This document shows positions 1-12,257 of a stretch of 64,000 nt of DNA, piece by piece (position 1 is the first letter of the stretch; each line of letters begins with the position of its first letter). The DNA is from Octopus sinensis. Lineage: Eukaryota. The stretch lies in the NCBI RefSeq assembly GCF_006345805.1, contig NW_021832564.1:35257-99256 (forward strand). The letters run 5' to 3'. Position numbers and translations under genes: made by a program. The notes below the pieces were generated by a model. The model was not told the DNA's origin. It ran no database searches and saw nothing but the letters and a program-made list of their open reading frames with translations.

Positions 1-50
1 CCATGTTGCTGCTAAGCAAGCTACTTACCACACAGCCACTCCTGCGCCTA
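1..50 (-). mobile_element. SINE family A, 5' tRNA-like head fragment
   Basis: Reverse complement of the head 'ggcgcaggagtggctgtgtggtaagtagcttgct' seen in the full copies at 36220 and 57272. Confidence 0.8.
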
Positions 51-232
51 TATGCAAGATCTTAGAATCTGTTGTTGAAAAAGTAGAAATCTGAGGATTT
101 TTAAAAATAAAGTAATGGTTAGGGGGAGTCTCAGAGACATCCGTGCCCCACGTCTCTTTGGTGGAGGGTTATTGTGAAAAGCCCAACAGTATTCTTAAGT
201 TGTTTTTTTCCACTTCTGTGTAATGATGTAAT

Positions 233-538
233 TGTTGTTTGTTCCCTCTCGAGCCACGCCTGGCTCATAAGGGCCGGTTACCCGGTTTCCTTGGCGTATA
301 GATTCCCCTCCTGGACAGAACATCGGTCCGTCACAGGTGAGCTGCAAGATGCAGGAGGAAAGAGTGAGAGTAAGTTGTGGAGAAAGAGTCAGCAGAAGTT
401 CGCCATTACCTTCTGCCGGAGCCGCGTGGAGCTTAGGTGTTTCGCTCATAAACACACACATCGCCCGGTCTGAGATTCGAACCTGCGATCCCTCGACCGC
501 GAATCCGCTGCTCTAACCACTAGGCCATGTGCCTCCAC
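233..538 (-). mobile_element. tRNA-derived SINE (family B head/body with a different 3' tail)
   Basis: A-box/B-box-like head at about 470-538; body shares 'aggaaagagtgagag..agttgtgg' with family B; (ACA)n tail; 14-bp TSD tgtaatgatgtaat at 219-232 and 539-552. Confidence 0.85.
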
Positions 539-868
539 TGTAATGATGTAATAATTCTCAGTAATAACGGAGAGACGTGTAGGACGAGAAAGTAATATTT
601 GATCATTAACTGATACCAGTTCTGTTGCTCACCGCATGCTTATTTCTAATTAGCAATTTAATGACCCATCCATTAAACGTGTCTAAACTTATTAAACCTA
701 TACATATGCAATGCTTTGGTTTGCACTGAATAAATACACACACACACACACACGTGTGTGTGTGTTTGCATGTTTGTATAAACCTGCGTGCATTAATTAT
801 GCTGTTAACAATTCTTACTCTCTTTCTGATATGTAATGCTATATACATAAAAACAAACATTAATTTGT

Positions 869-937
<69 letters not shown>

Positions 938-954
938 TGTGTGCTGATCTTGGT

Positions 955-1500
955 GGTAACCTCTCGAGTGCAAGAAAGATGATTGCATTGCATCCCACCA
1001 ACTGTGAACGCTCATCTGACTTTTTAGGCTGAAGTCAGATGCACAGACACGGTTGCAGGTCGGGCAAAGAACACCACTTGTTAGGATAGGAGTGGACATC
1101 TTTTTGTCTCTCTCATGGCTTTACCCGAAGCATTTCATTCGCCAGTTGGTTTAGGAGTTGTTTGTTGGCTTGGAGAATAAGTTATCCCACTCGATCCGGT
1201 CAGTCGCAATACGCTGAAGATCGCGGGCTGGAGTGTTCGACTCATTTCAGGTTGGACTAGAGGTTGTCTTTGTACCTCTTCTTTAGGCGACCTCGGACAC
1301 AACTTTCCCGCTCCAGTTCTCCGAAGAAACACTGGCGAGGTATCCTTGATTTATCCATGCAAATCACATGGCCGGTCCATCCAAGTTGGGCCTTTAGGAT
1401 CTTGACTTTTAAAGTTAGCTCTGTCCAAGACTACTAGGCTGGAGAAGCGGTCCTGCAACTGGATTCGTATAATTGATCGCAGAGAACGGTTGTGAAATTG
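955..1500 (-). mobile_element. RTE-clade LINE, degenerate 3' end of ORF
   Basis: Minus-strand translation gives LQFHNRSLRSII..DR, WTGHVICMDKSRIPRQCFFGEL, RGRLKKRYKDNL and terminal CPTCNRVCASDFSLKSQMSVH, which are typical RTE C-terminal motifs; stops present. Confidence 0.85.
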
Positions 1501-1760
1501 TAGTAAAGATTGTTTGCCAACATAACATGGCAATCCTGGTTTAGGACGAATGTTGCTGTAAATTAGCCCCAAGAGACATCGCGATACACAGATATTGTTT
1601 TGAGCTGAGTGGGTGTGCTAGATTCCCTTGTTCGAAAATATAAGGACACAGATCATGTCGTATAGCCAGCTGGAGACGATGTCTCATGATGCTAAATTAC
1701 AGCAACATTAGTCCTAAACCAGGACTGCCATGTTATGTTGGCAAACAATCTTTACTACAA
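1499..1760. repeat. Inverted repeat, about 70-85 bp arms (1499-1582 / 1677-1760)
   Basis: 1499-1569 is the reverse complement of 1691-1760 with about 3 mismatches; weaker pairing extends about 14 bp inward. Confidence 0.9.
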
Positions 1761-2132
1761 AATACAGTTGCTGAATATCTCACATTGTGAGATTTAAAAA
1801 TAGTAATTTTCTAGATTGTGAACTTGTTCAAAATGTTGGTTATGTGTGCGACACATTGTCAACGTTTCACATCCATATCGGAGTGATAGGAGCACACCAA
1901 AATTACAGGCTTTCAGCTGGAGAGGCAAATGCCGTGACATTAATGCTGCTGTGTGTCATGAACACGTGACTGACTTGCTTGGATCAGTTCATCTGACGAA
2001 TGACAGCATAAAAAGAAACGGTAGACGATATGTAACAGAAATGGCATGAATATATTGGAAACGGTTACTTTACATAGAAATGAATACACAAGAAAACTTG
2101 GCGGATATCAACTATTATATTACTGCTCTTAC

Positions 2133-2482
2133 GTTACAAGGATGTTTGCAAAAGGGACATGAAGGCCTGCAACATCAATATTAGCGGTTGGGAGGCAGTT
2201 GCCGGCAACCGTGGAGATTGGCGACGTACCGTAAAAGAGGAGTGACAGAGAGAGAGAGAGGAGAAATGGAAAGACAAGAAAAGACGTCAACAAGAAACTA
2301 TTGCATTACAACCAGCCAGGAACAGTCTTCGCTACATTTGCGGTACCTGCCAGAGGGAGTGTTTGTCCAGGATAGGACTACACAGCCACAGCAGGAAATG
2401 TATCAGGACATGAAATGTAAAAGCCGGACTAGACTACTTTATGCGCAACTCCATTGTCTCCCGAGACAAAAAGGATGCCAAC
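2133..2482 (+). mobile_element. RTE-clade LINE 3' end (second family)
   Basis: KDVCKRDMKACNINISGWEAVAGNRGDWRRTVK ... YICGTCQRECLSRIGLHSHSRKC; 3' tail ccattgtctcccgagac..ggatgcc. Confidence 0.85.
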
Positions 2483-2539
2483 AATTACTGCAGTTAGTCA
2501 AAATTCATGCTTGTGTAATATATTAAAACAAAAGCAGGG

Positions 2540-3075
2540 GCTGAACAATTACATCGTTTTTTTATATAGTCTCCTTGTTTTTACGATGCATTTCTTCCAG
2601 GGGTCCACAAGCCCTTTACGCAGCCGTTTACGCACCACTTTCTGCACTTCCTCGTCTTTACCAAACCGACGACCTTCGTAAATGATTTTGGAGCTGAGAG
2701 CTGATAGTCGGGAGTAGGCGAGATCTGGATTGTGTGCAGAGAGTTCCAGCAACTGAAAACCTAATTTTTCAATGGTTTCAATAGTGTGGGCAGCCATATG
2801 TGGACGTGAACTGCCGTGCAACAATAAAACTTGCTTTGACAATGGCCCTCTGTATTTGGTGTGAATTGCTGGTTTCAGTTTGTTGACCAGCATTTCCCTG
2901 TAGCCTACACCGGTGAGAGTAGAACCCTTTTTAAAAAGTAATGTTCCATTACAGGCTCTTTTGGGTCCCAAAAAACTGTTGACATCAATTTTTTTCTGTA
3001 GAAAGTTGCGTTTTGAATTTCTTTTTCGTTAGCGATTCCATGTATTTTCACTCCATACTTTGCCTTTTGAATAAG
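2540..3075 (-). mobile_element. mariner (DD34D-type) transposase fragment, degenerate
   Basis: SKRQSME..KKKFKT, KLMSTVFWD, LLLHGSSRPH (HDNARPH), HNPDLAYS (YSPDLAPSD), GRRF..DEEVQKVV, LVDPWKKC; frameshifts. Confidence 0.9.
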
Positions 3076-3133
3076 TACAAGACTTCTTAAAAAACAAATA
3101 AGGCTGCAGTCCGATGACTGACGCAAGTAAGAT

Positions 3134-3228
<95 letters not shown>

Positions 3229-3639
3229 CATACAAACACACGTGTGTATATACGCATACATGTAGATTTACTGACAAGTTTCTGGCTCTGGGTAAAAGAA
3301 AATACAAAAGAATCAGTTAATTATGATTTTATTCAACACATCCTCCTCTCAGATTCACACACTTACTGCAGCGGTCCTTCAGTTGTTCTAGGCCCTGTAA
3401 AAGAACTCGGAAGTTTGGGCCCCCAACCGCGATTTTCACGATACCTTTAAAGCTAGGATATCTTCAGCATCCCCTTCTACATGTGTATATATTTATATAT
3501 GAGTGTGTGTATGCGTGTGTGTGTATGCGTATGTGTGTGTGAGTGTGTGAGTGTATGTGTGTGCATGTGTGTATTTGCGTATGTGTGTGTGTATGCACAT
3601 AAGTATATATACACTTACTGAACGTCTCTTTGTATATAC

Positions 3640-3919
3640 ATCTTTTAATTGTTTCAGTCATTAGACTTCGGCCATGCAGGAGCACCGCCTTGAATTTTTA
3701 GTCGACGCCAGTACATATTTTTAAAAGCTAGATACTTATTCTATTGGCTTCTTTTGCCGAACCGCTAAGTCACACAATAAGTTACGTAAAGAAACCAGCT
3801 ACCGGTGTCAAGCGGTGGTGGAGGAACAAACAGACCAAAAGACAAACACACATATATATATGAATATATATATACGATGGGCTTCTTTCAGTTTCCATCT
3901 ACCAAATCTCCTCACAAAG
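3640..3919 (-). mobile_element. SINE family A, 3' half plus part of body
   Basis: Reverse complement of the family A tail (cgactaaa..ggcggtgctccagcatggccgcagtc..tgactgaaac) with internal (TA)n. Confidence 0.8.
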
Positions 3920-3930
3920 GATTGATCAAC

Positions 3931-4342
3931 CAGGAGTGGCTGTGTGGTAAGTAGCTTGCTAACCATTCACATGGTTCCGGGTTCAGTCCCACTGCGTGGC
4001 ATCTTGGGCAAGTGTCTTCTGCTATAGCCCCGGGCCGACCAATGCCTTGTGAGTGGATTTGGTAGACGGAAACTGAAAGAAGCCTGTCGTATATATGTAT
4101 ATATATATGTGTGTGTGTATGTGTTTGTGTGTCTGTGTTTGTCCCCCTAGCATTGCTTGACAACCGATGCTGGTGTGTTTACGTACCAGTTACTTAGCGG
4201 TTCGGCAAAAGAGACCGATAAAATAAGTACTGGGCTTACAAAGAATAAGTCCCGGGGTCGATTTGCTCGACTAAAAGGCGGTGCTCCAGCATGGCCGCAG
4301 TCAAATGACTGAAACAAGTAAAAGAGTAAAGAGTAAAGAGTA
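3931..4342 (+). mobile_element. SINE family A (tRNA head, CORE-like 'cttgggcaagtgtctt', internal microsatellite)
   Basis: Near-identical to copies at 36220-36658 and 57272-57672; (TAAAGAG)n tail. Confidence 0.9.
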
Positions 4343-4382
4343 TATAGATATTATTTTGTGTGTTAGTTTGTGTATAAGTCGT

Positions 4383-4606
4383 GGTACTCCGTCGATTACG
4401 ACGACGAGGGTTCCAGTTGATCCGATCAGCGGAGCAGCCTGCTCGTGAAATTAACGTGCAAGTAGCTGAGCACTCCACAGACACGTGTACCCTTAAGTAG
4501 TTTTCGGGAGAGATTCAGCGTGACACAGAGTGGGACAAGGCTGGCCCTTTAAACTACAGGTACAACAGAAACAGGAAGAAAGAGTGAGAGAAAGTTGTGG
4601 TGGAAG
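4383..4606 (-). mobile_element. SINE family B, 5'-truncated
   Basis: Matches the 3' two-thirds of 19155-19544. Confidence 0.85.
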
Positions 4607-4607
4607 A

Positions 4608-4685
<78 letters not shown>

Positions 4686-4774
4686 ATAGGTGACGTATGA
4701 GGGTTCTGCAATTTCTTGCCTATCAATCACACGGATGATTTGTTTATAGTGATCAAATGTTTGTGTAGACATAA

Positions 4775-4972
4775 GCTCACTCCCTCCATCATATCGATTT
4801 TACCTGTACAGGTGCACCTAGGAGTCACACGTCAGATGTCGAAATGATCGCAGAGCAACGTGAAATGAAGTGCTTTGCTCAAGAACATAACGCAAAGCCC
4901 AGTCTAGGAATCGAACCCATGATCTCGCAATCGTGAGAGCAACACCTTAACCACTGAGCCATGTGCCTCCAC
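4775..4972 (-). mobile_element. tRNA-derived SINE with CORE-like segment (older family)
   Basis: Head gtggaggcacatggctcagtggttaagg..gttcgattcc; 'ttcttgagcaaagcactt' segment. Confidence 0.7.
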
Positions 4973-4979
4973 ACACAGG

Positions 4980-5062
<83 letters not shown>

Positions 5063-5186
5063 GTGGATGGATGGATGGATGGATAGATGAACGGACGGAC
5101 GGACGGACGGACAAACAGACAGACTGACAGACAGACAGACGGACGGACGGACGGACGGACGGACGGACGGACGGACGGATGGATAG

Positions 5187-5276
5187 ATATGTTTCTTTAT
5201 TAGCCACACAGGGCTGCACACAGACAGAACAAATTACAAGGTAGAGCTTTTCTTTTGGGGGTAAAAAAAGGGGATG

Positions 5277-5353
<77 letters not shown>

Positions 5354-5530
5354 GCAAGGTGGGTAGGCAGACAGGCAGACACACACACAGACAGACAGGT
5401 ACACAGACACACAGACAGACACACGCACACACAGACAGACACACACACAGACACACAGCCACAGATACACACAGACAGACTGATGTGTAAGGTTAACAGG
5501 ACCCCATAGAATTTGAACCCATGTTTTACT
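5187..5530 (-). repeat. (GATA)n-associated repeat, copy 1
   Basis: tttctttattagccacacagggctgcacacag... block and ttaacagg..ccatagaat.tgaacc block flank a GATA/GACA array; both recur at 6207-6540. Confidence 0.75.
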
Positions 5531-5801
5531 CGTTTGTGTGGGTGTAGCTGTTTGTACCTGTGTGTACGTGCGTGCGTGTGTGTGTGCATGTATGTGTGTG
5601 TGTGTGTGAGTGTGTGTGTGTGTGTGTGTGCGTGTGTATTGTGTGTGTGTGTGTGTGCGTGTGTATTGTGTGTGTGTGTGTATTGTGTGTGTGTGTGTAT
5701 TGTGTGTGTGTGTGTGCGTGTGTATGTGTGTGTGTGTGTGTGTGTATTGTGTGTGTGGTGTGTATTGTGTGTGTGTGTGGTGTGTGTGTGTGTGCGTGTG
5801 T

Positions 5802-5834
<33 letters not shown>

Positions 5835-6048
5835 CGCATCACGTTTTGTCATGACCATTGCCCATCAATAACAGTATTTATGTGATTATTATTGATGACG
5901 TCAATGATGTTTTCGATTGATTTATGTTCTGCCATTCGTAATGAGTTATCATCCCTTTTAATGTTTCTCTGTAATTAACACAATGTCTATTGGAGTCAAC
6001 ATGAACGATCGATGGTCGTTAAGATGTCGTTGCATTTAGGCGTTCATA

Positions 6049-6105
<57 letters not shown>

Positions 6106-6206
6106 CGTGCGTGAGCGCGTGTGTGTGTGTGCGTGCGTGCCAGTCTGTTGAAGTTTAAAGCGTAAAGTTTTGCTAAAAGCACTGTATAAATAGTTATATA
6201 ATTTAT

Positions 6207-6540
<334 letters not shown>

Positions 6541-6724
6541 GTTCTCTTTGGACGACTGTATGCTCATGTTCAGACCGAAAAAATAAATTACTAACAATGA
6601 AAGTAAAAAAAACTCAGTGAACAATCACTAACATTATTTTTTTATTTGTTGTGTCTCTTGTTAGTCACTGAGTCTTATACATAAGTTAGTATTTATTTTG
6701 CAATCAAGAGGATTTACTTCGAAT

Positions 6725-7265
6725 TTCAAGCACAGAGGAACAGTTCATTTCTTATGTTTTGGACTGGAGTAAGATGGTGAAAATATGACACTTCTCCGTA
6801 AAACATAAGCTACGGTACTCAGGACCTCTCGTTAAGGCTAGCAGCTTTTCTAGTTGTATTCATATATGATGCTGGTGCTCAATTTTCTATCTTTAATCCC
6901 TATACATATTTCAAAAGTCCTGTGGTGCTCTCCAGGTGCCAATGAAGGAACGAATTGTCATGCTGATAGAAACGACTTTTGAAAGACTGCTCTGTGAGTT
7001 CTACTTGGCATGTTGGCAGATTGAAGATAGTAGGGTACACAATGTCTTTACATGTCGGCTCCTTTTCCGCGTAATGTGTTGGCAATATTTTTGCTTCGTG
7101 ACTCATAATCATACTCTCTGTATTCTGCATGCAGTTATAGTGCGCCTCCATGTTGTTCTTGTAAAACAAATGGCAGAGTTTGTAACTGATCAAAAGTAGA
7201 AACATTATTTTTTCATCAGTGTTATAACAGAATGTATCATCTAGTCACAAATTCTTTCTGCTTTC
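6725..7265 (-). mobile_element. Penelope-like element (Naiad-type) linker plus GIY-YIG endonuclease fragment, degenerate
   Basis: YKLCHLFYKNNMEAHYNCMQNTESMIMSHEAKIL (cf. HKIFNRNNVKVSYSCMPNM..II..HN.KIL), IVY..., ELTEQSFKSRFYQHDNSF, STTGLLKYV, SLCFTEK, NIRNELF. Confidence 0.8.
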
Positions 7266-7279
7266 GGCTCCCTTTATAG

Positions 7280-7541
7280 CAGTGGTTCTCAACCGGGGTC
7301 CAGATAAGCCTTGGGGATCCATATGACCCTTAAGGGTCCATATAAGATTTATGTGCAATAAATTGTTTATACTTCTACTATGCACACAATATTCTAACAA
7401 TGTCTTTATACGATTCCTAATAACATCTAATTATAAATATACAGGAGGACCTTTTAAACATTGAATGGCTATGGGAGGGGAACCCCCGAGTAAAATTGGA
7501 ATCAAAGGGGTCCATTGGCAAAACATGGTTGAGAGACACTG
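7280..7541. mobile_element. hAT-superfamily MITE
   Basis: TIRs cagtggttctcaacc / ggttgagagacactg; 8-bp TSD ctttatag (7272-7279) / cattatag (7542-7549). Confidence 0.9.
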
Positions 7542-8562
7542 CATTATAGCAGAAGGAAATATTCTAGCACACTTTGTGCATAAAGTCAAAAAAACTTCAT
7601 TGAAGTGTGTTTATATGTTTCAGCCATGTTTATTTAAAGCTTGTCTAACATCATGGCGGACTAGCAAGAAATCCTTGGAAGCAACTATATTCTGTCATTC
7701 CATTATAAAAGGGCTGAATTAATGATTTTCCCAGATATCTTTATTGGTGGAGTGATTGGTGTGATTTTGAGAACCAACGGTGTTAACGCATTTCTCATTT
7801 CTACCGTTATTCTGAAAGGTTGGGAGGAGGGAAGGGATCTTTAAAGAATTGAAATTTTAGATATTTATTCATTTATTTCAGAAGCGCAATGCCCGTTTCT
7901 TTTGCATCATTTGGATACATAATCCAATATGATCTTTCTTTTAGAAGACGATAAAAGTGTGTAATTTAAGGGAAATTTGACTGTTTTTTCTCATAAGATT
8001 AAGGGACCAAATTGATGCATTTTTCCTACATCATTAGCTCCGAGTGGCATCTGCTAGTTGTTTAAAATTCATGCATGCGTACTCAAACGGAAAGGGTGAG
8101 CTCTAAAGCTGCTGGAAGACTGAAGTCGGATGGATGAGGTTATTTCAAAAGTTTTGAATCGAAAGGATCTTAGCAAACTGAATATTGGGATTCTTTTTCC
8201 TTCTCAGAACATCAGTGAGGCGGATTTTGTCAAAGTCCATTCGGTGAAAAGAAGTCAACTAGAAAACGCAGAGAACCACTGGTTTCAAACTGTATTATTC
8301 ACTCTATCCCACCCTTCCCAACCCTTTTAAGATGTTGGTATTGTTTGAAGGATTGGTTACTATTTCTAACAGCTGCAGCCGCACGGAGTGGGTTCTTTGT
8401 TGGCGCAATGGTGTTTTCCATAAAAATGTAAATCTCTCTCTCTCTCTCAACAATGATTCATTGATAACTTAATGCTTCTTCTTGTTCATGTTAGCAAATC
8501 AGTGATGACTAACATCTGGTGGTGAGTACATACATACATCTCTCTCCTCTCTCTCCTCTCTC

Positions 8563-8593
<31 letters not shown>

Positions 8594-8627
8594 ATATACT
8601 TTATTAAAAGCAGCAAAAATATCACAA

Positions 8628-8671
8628 AAAACTGTTACTCAGTTTCACGTTCCCGTTCGTCGGACAGTTTT
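8628..8671 (-). ncRNA. Type I hammerhead-ribozyme-like fold (variant core CCGACGA) in a (TA)n-flanked element 8599-8690
   Basis: Minus strand: aaaactgt-CCGACGA-acg(ggaa)cgt-GAAA-c(tga)g-TA-acagtttt; perfect 8-bp stem I. Confidence 0.6.
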
Positions 8672-8688
8672 GTTTATGTGGTTACTCT

Positions 8689-8756
<68 letters not shown>

Positions 8757-8767
8757 TATGTATATAT

Positions 8768-8812
<45 letters not shown>

Positions 8813-8988
8813 TATAATATATAATATCGTATGTATATTTATATTATATATATTATTATATATATAATATATTATATATATATATAATAGATATGAGGAT
8901 AATAATTCTAACTTACAGGGAAAAATTCAATTAGAAATACTAAATTAATTTCATAAAATATAATATATATATATATATATATATATTA

Positions 8989-9020
<32 letters not shown>

Positions 9021-9386
9021 GAATTAGAAAAATACCCACCTTTATCAATTCAATAATGAAAAATTAAATTATACCATCTAGAGTTACATATTATAGAAAG
9101 ATTAGATATAAGATAAAACATATAGCGATGATTAAGTAATGTGCAAAATAATTCACCCTTAGAATTTCCAGATAGCGAGCAGTTTATGGTATACTACCAA
9201 TTCTAGCCTGAATCATTCCTCGTGTTTGAAAAAGAAAAATCAAAGAATAAATAGAGTCAAAGGGAAGTTGGATGTGATAGCGTCGAAATCAAACATTTAC
9301 TTACGGTGACAGCGATTTTATATCACCTGAGGATATAAAACTAGGTCCTATTATACAGGTAAACCATTACTTATTTTAAATCTAAA

Positions 9387-9778
9387 TCTTTATATATAAA
9401 AGAGAGGTTGTGTGTCTGTCTCCTACGATTTAGATTTCTAACTACTCCCACATTTTGCGGTGCAGTGTAACCAAAAGCGGGTATCTTATAGTCGTGATTC
9501 ATATCGAGCCCTTCTGGGAATTAACGCGCGTCTACGATGTGTCTACGATTTAAAAAAAAAATTACTATCATTTTTTTTCCATTTTAATGCATTTTTTCCG
9601 CTATTATATAAGGGAAGTAACTCTCTAAAAATGTCTACGATGAGTCAACGATTTTTAAAAAAATTTACCATCATTTTTTTTAATGCATTTTTTTGCTACT
9701 TTTTGGCTATAACTCTCTAAAAATGCTTATATAGTTATTTCCCTTACAAACCCGAGCAACGCCGGGCGATACTGCTAG
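9387..9778 (+). mobile_element. Non-autonomous Helitron
   Basis: 5' TC start, 3' hairpin cccgagcaacgccggg followed by CTAG, inserted between A and T; second copy at 43695-44093. Confidence 0.9.
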
Positions 9779-9890
9779 TCCTGTATATATGTGGATCTAT
9801 GTTTTATCGAAAAATGTGAAGTGACCACTAAACAGCTGTCGAATCGTACTGCATCTTCCTTTTGACTCCAATTATTCTTTCCTTTATATA

Positions 9891-9957
<67 letters not shown>

Positions 9958-10285
9958 TATAATATATATATGATATATATATATACATGCACGTATGTAT
10001 GCACTCATGTATGCGTGTATATATGTACATATGCATTTATGCATATTTATGTGTGTGTACGTATATATGCATGTATATTTATATGTATGTATGTTACTGT
10101 TCAATTTTATTTCAAGATTTCTTGTCAATAAAGAAAGAGCCGGTTTCTAACCTAGATCCAAGGCTCCTTCATTGGAATTTCAACATCAACAGCAGGGTGT
10201 TTTTGTTTTTATATGTGTTGATTCGTTAGCTCCTGCACGCATTTTTTTTCTCTCCTTGTTTCTCTCCTTGTTTCTCTCCGTGTTT

Positions 10286-10325
10286 TTTTTTCTGTTGAAG
10301 AGCGTAGGCTCGAAACGTAAAAGAC
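10286..10325 (+). ncRNA. Minimal hammerhead-like fold (variant core CUGUUGA) in element at about 10200-10418
   Basis: tttt-CTGTTGA-a-gagc(gtag)gctc-GAAA-cg-TA-aaag; same architecture as the 53647 and 58206 motifs. Confidence 0.5.
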
Positions 10326-10510
10326 TTGTTTTATTTCTATTCCTGAGCGCCATACTAATACAATTGTTTGTTTGTACTCCACCTGCCTTCGTCTTTTGTT
10401 TATTTTCGTAAAGCTTCCTATGTGTGTATGTATGTATGTATGTATGTATGTATGTATGTATGTATTGTATGCATGTATGCATGTTTATATATGCATATTT
10501 ATATGTTTGC

Positions 10511-10586
<76 letters not shown>

Positions 10587-11128
10587 GTATGTATGCATAT
10601 ATATATATGTATATATGTGCATGTATGTACGTACGCCTGTTCTATATATTAGTTTATCTACCTCCCTATCTATCTAGTTATTACCCGTAACTTGTGTTTT
10701 ACTGCATATGTGTGTGTGTATGTATGTGTGTGTATACACACAGATATATATACATACATATATACATATATATCCTTCTCTATTGGCAAGAAACCTTGAA
10801 ATAATACTGAACAATGACACACACATACACACACGCGGGCATACATACACACACACATGCATATATGCACACATATGGGTGTATATAATTTTGTGCGCCT
10901 ATAAGTATGCATATTATTTTTCTCAACACAGCTACACACACAAATATATATTTATATACGCCTATGTGCATGTCAGCTTGTATGTTTGTAAATATATGAG
11001 TGTTCGTGTCATCCATTATCAGTCCAGAAGTCTAGGGCTACGATCACACTGTTATTCATACATATATATATATATATAATATATATATACATACACACAT
11101 ACATCATACATACATCATACATACATAC

Positions 11129-11184
<56 letters not shown>

Positions 11185-11289
11185 GCATGTGTGAGTGTAC
11201 TTTTCTCATTTCTTATCTTCAAATTTTCTCTTATAATCTGTTGCATTTTTCCCTCTCTTTCCATTTATCTTTCTCTCTCACTCTCTCTT

Positions 11290-11380
<91 letters not shown>

Positions 11381-11864
11381 CACTAATTTATTTAAAAAGC
11401 ATTCCGCATTTTTTTCTTTTTCCATTTTGTTCTGTATTTTTTCTTACTTTCTTTTAATTATTTAATTTGCAATTTGCTTGAATTCCAAATACAGCGACCT
11501 TTTTATTAACAGAATTAATATTCGCACCCACGTACCAACCTACCTATCTACATACATACTTACATGCATACATACATACATACATACATACATACATACA
11601 CACAAACACACACACATACATACATACATACATACATACATACATACATACATACATACATAATTGTGTACATATATATGCGTGTATATGCATGAGGACA
11701 CATGATTGTATGTGTGGTCATGTTACACACACCTTGTGTGGGCGTACATACATTCAAATACACACACACATATACATTTGTATGGAAGCCATCCCTACCT
11801 ATTTTAATTATTTTATTTCTATTATCTATATCTTTATTGTCTATCTTTACTTGCATATATATAT

Positions 11865-11928
<64 letters not shown>

Positions 11929-12100
11929 ATATATATATATATCTACATATATGTATATATATATGTATCTATATATGTGTGTATATATATGTATATATAT
12001 GTATATATATATATGTGTGGTGTGTGTGTGTGTTTGTGTATATATGTGTATAATATGTGCATATATATATGGTGTATATATATATATATGTATATATATC

Positions 12101-12132
<32 letters not shown>

Positions 12133-12226
12133 CACATGTATATATATTCATATATATAGAATATATATTTATATATGTATATTCCTCTGTATGTATGTAT
12201 ATATATCTATATCTCTATATATATAT

Positions 12227-12257
<31 letters not shown>

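Noticed and set aside
470-538. tRNA genes (also the heads at 19480, 20481, 36220, 54648 and others)
   Set aside because: A/B boxes are present but each continues into a SINE body with TSDs; no complete cloverleaf
1993-2030. ctgacga...gaaacggta hammerhead-like words
   Set aside because: No stem I or stem II pairing
8208-8243. 36-nt plus-strand exon candidate (ttctcag|...|gtgaaa)
   Set aside because: Weak donor, no homology, expected by chance in 64 kb
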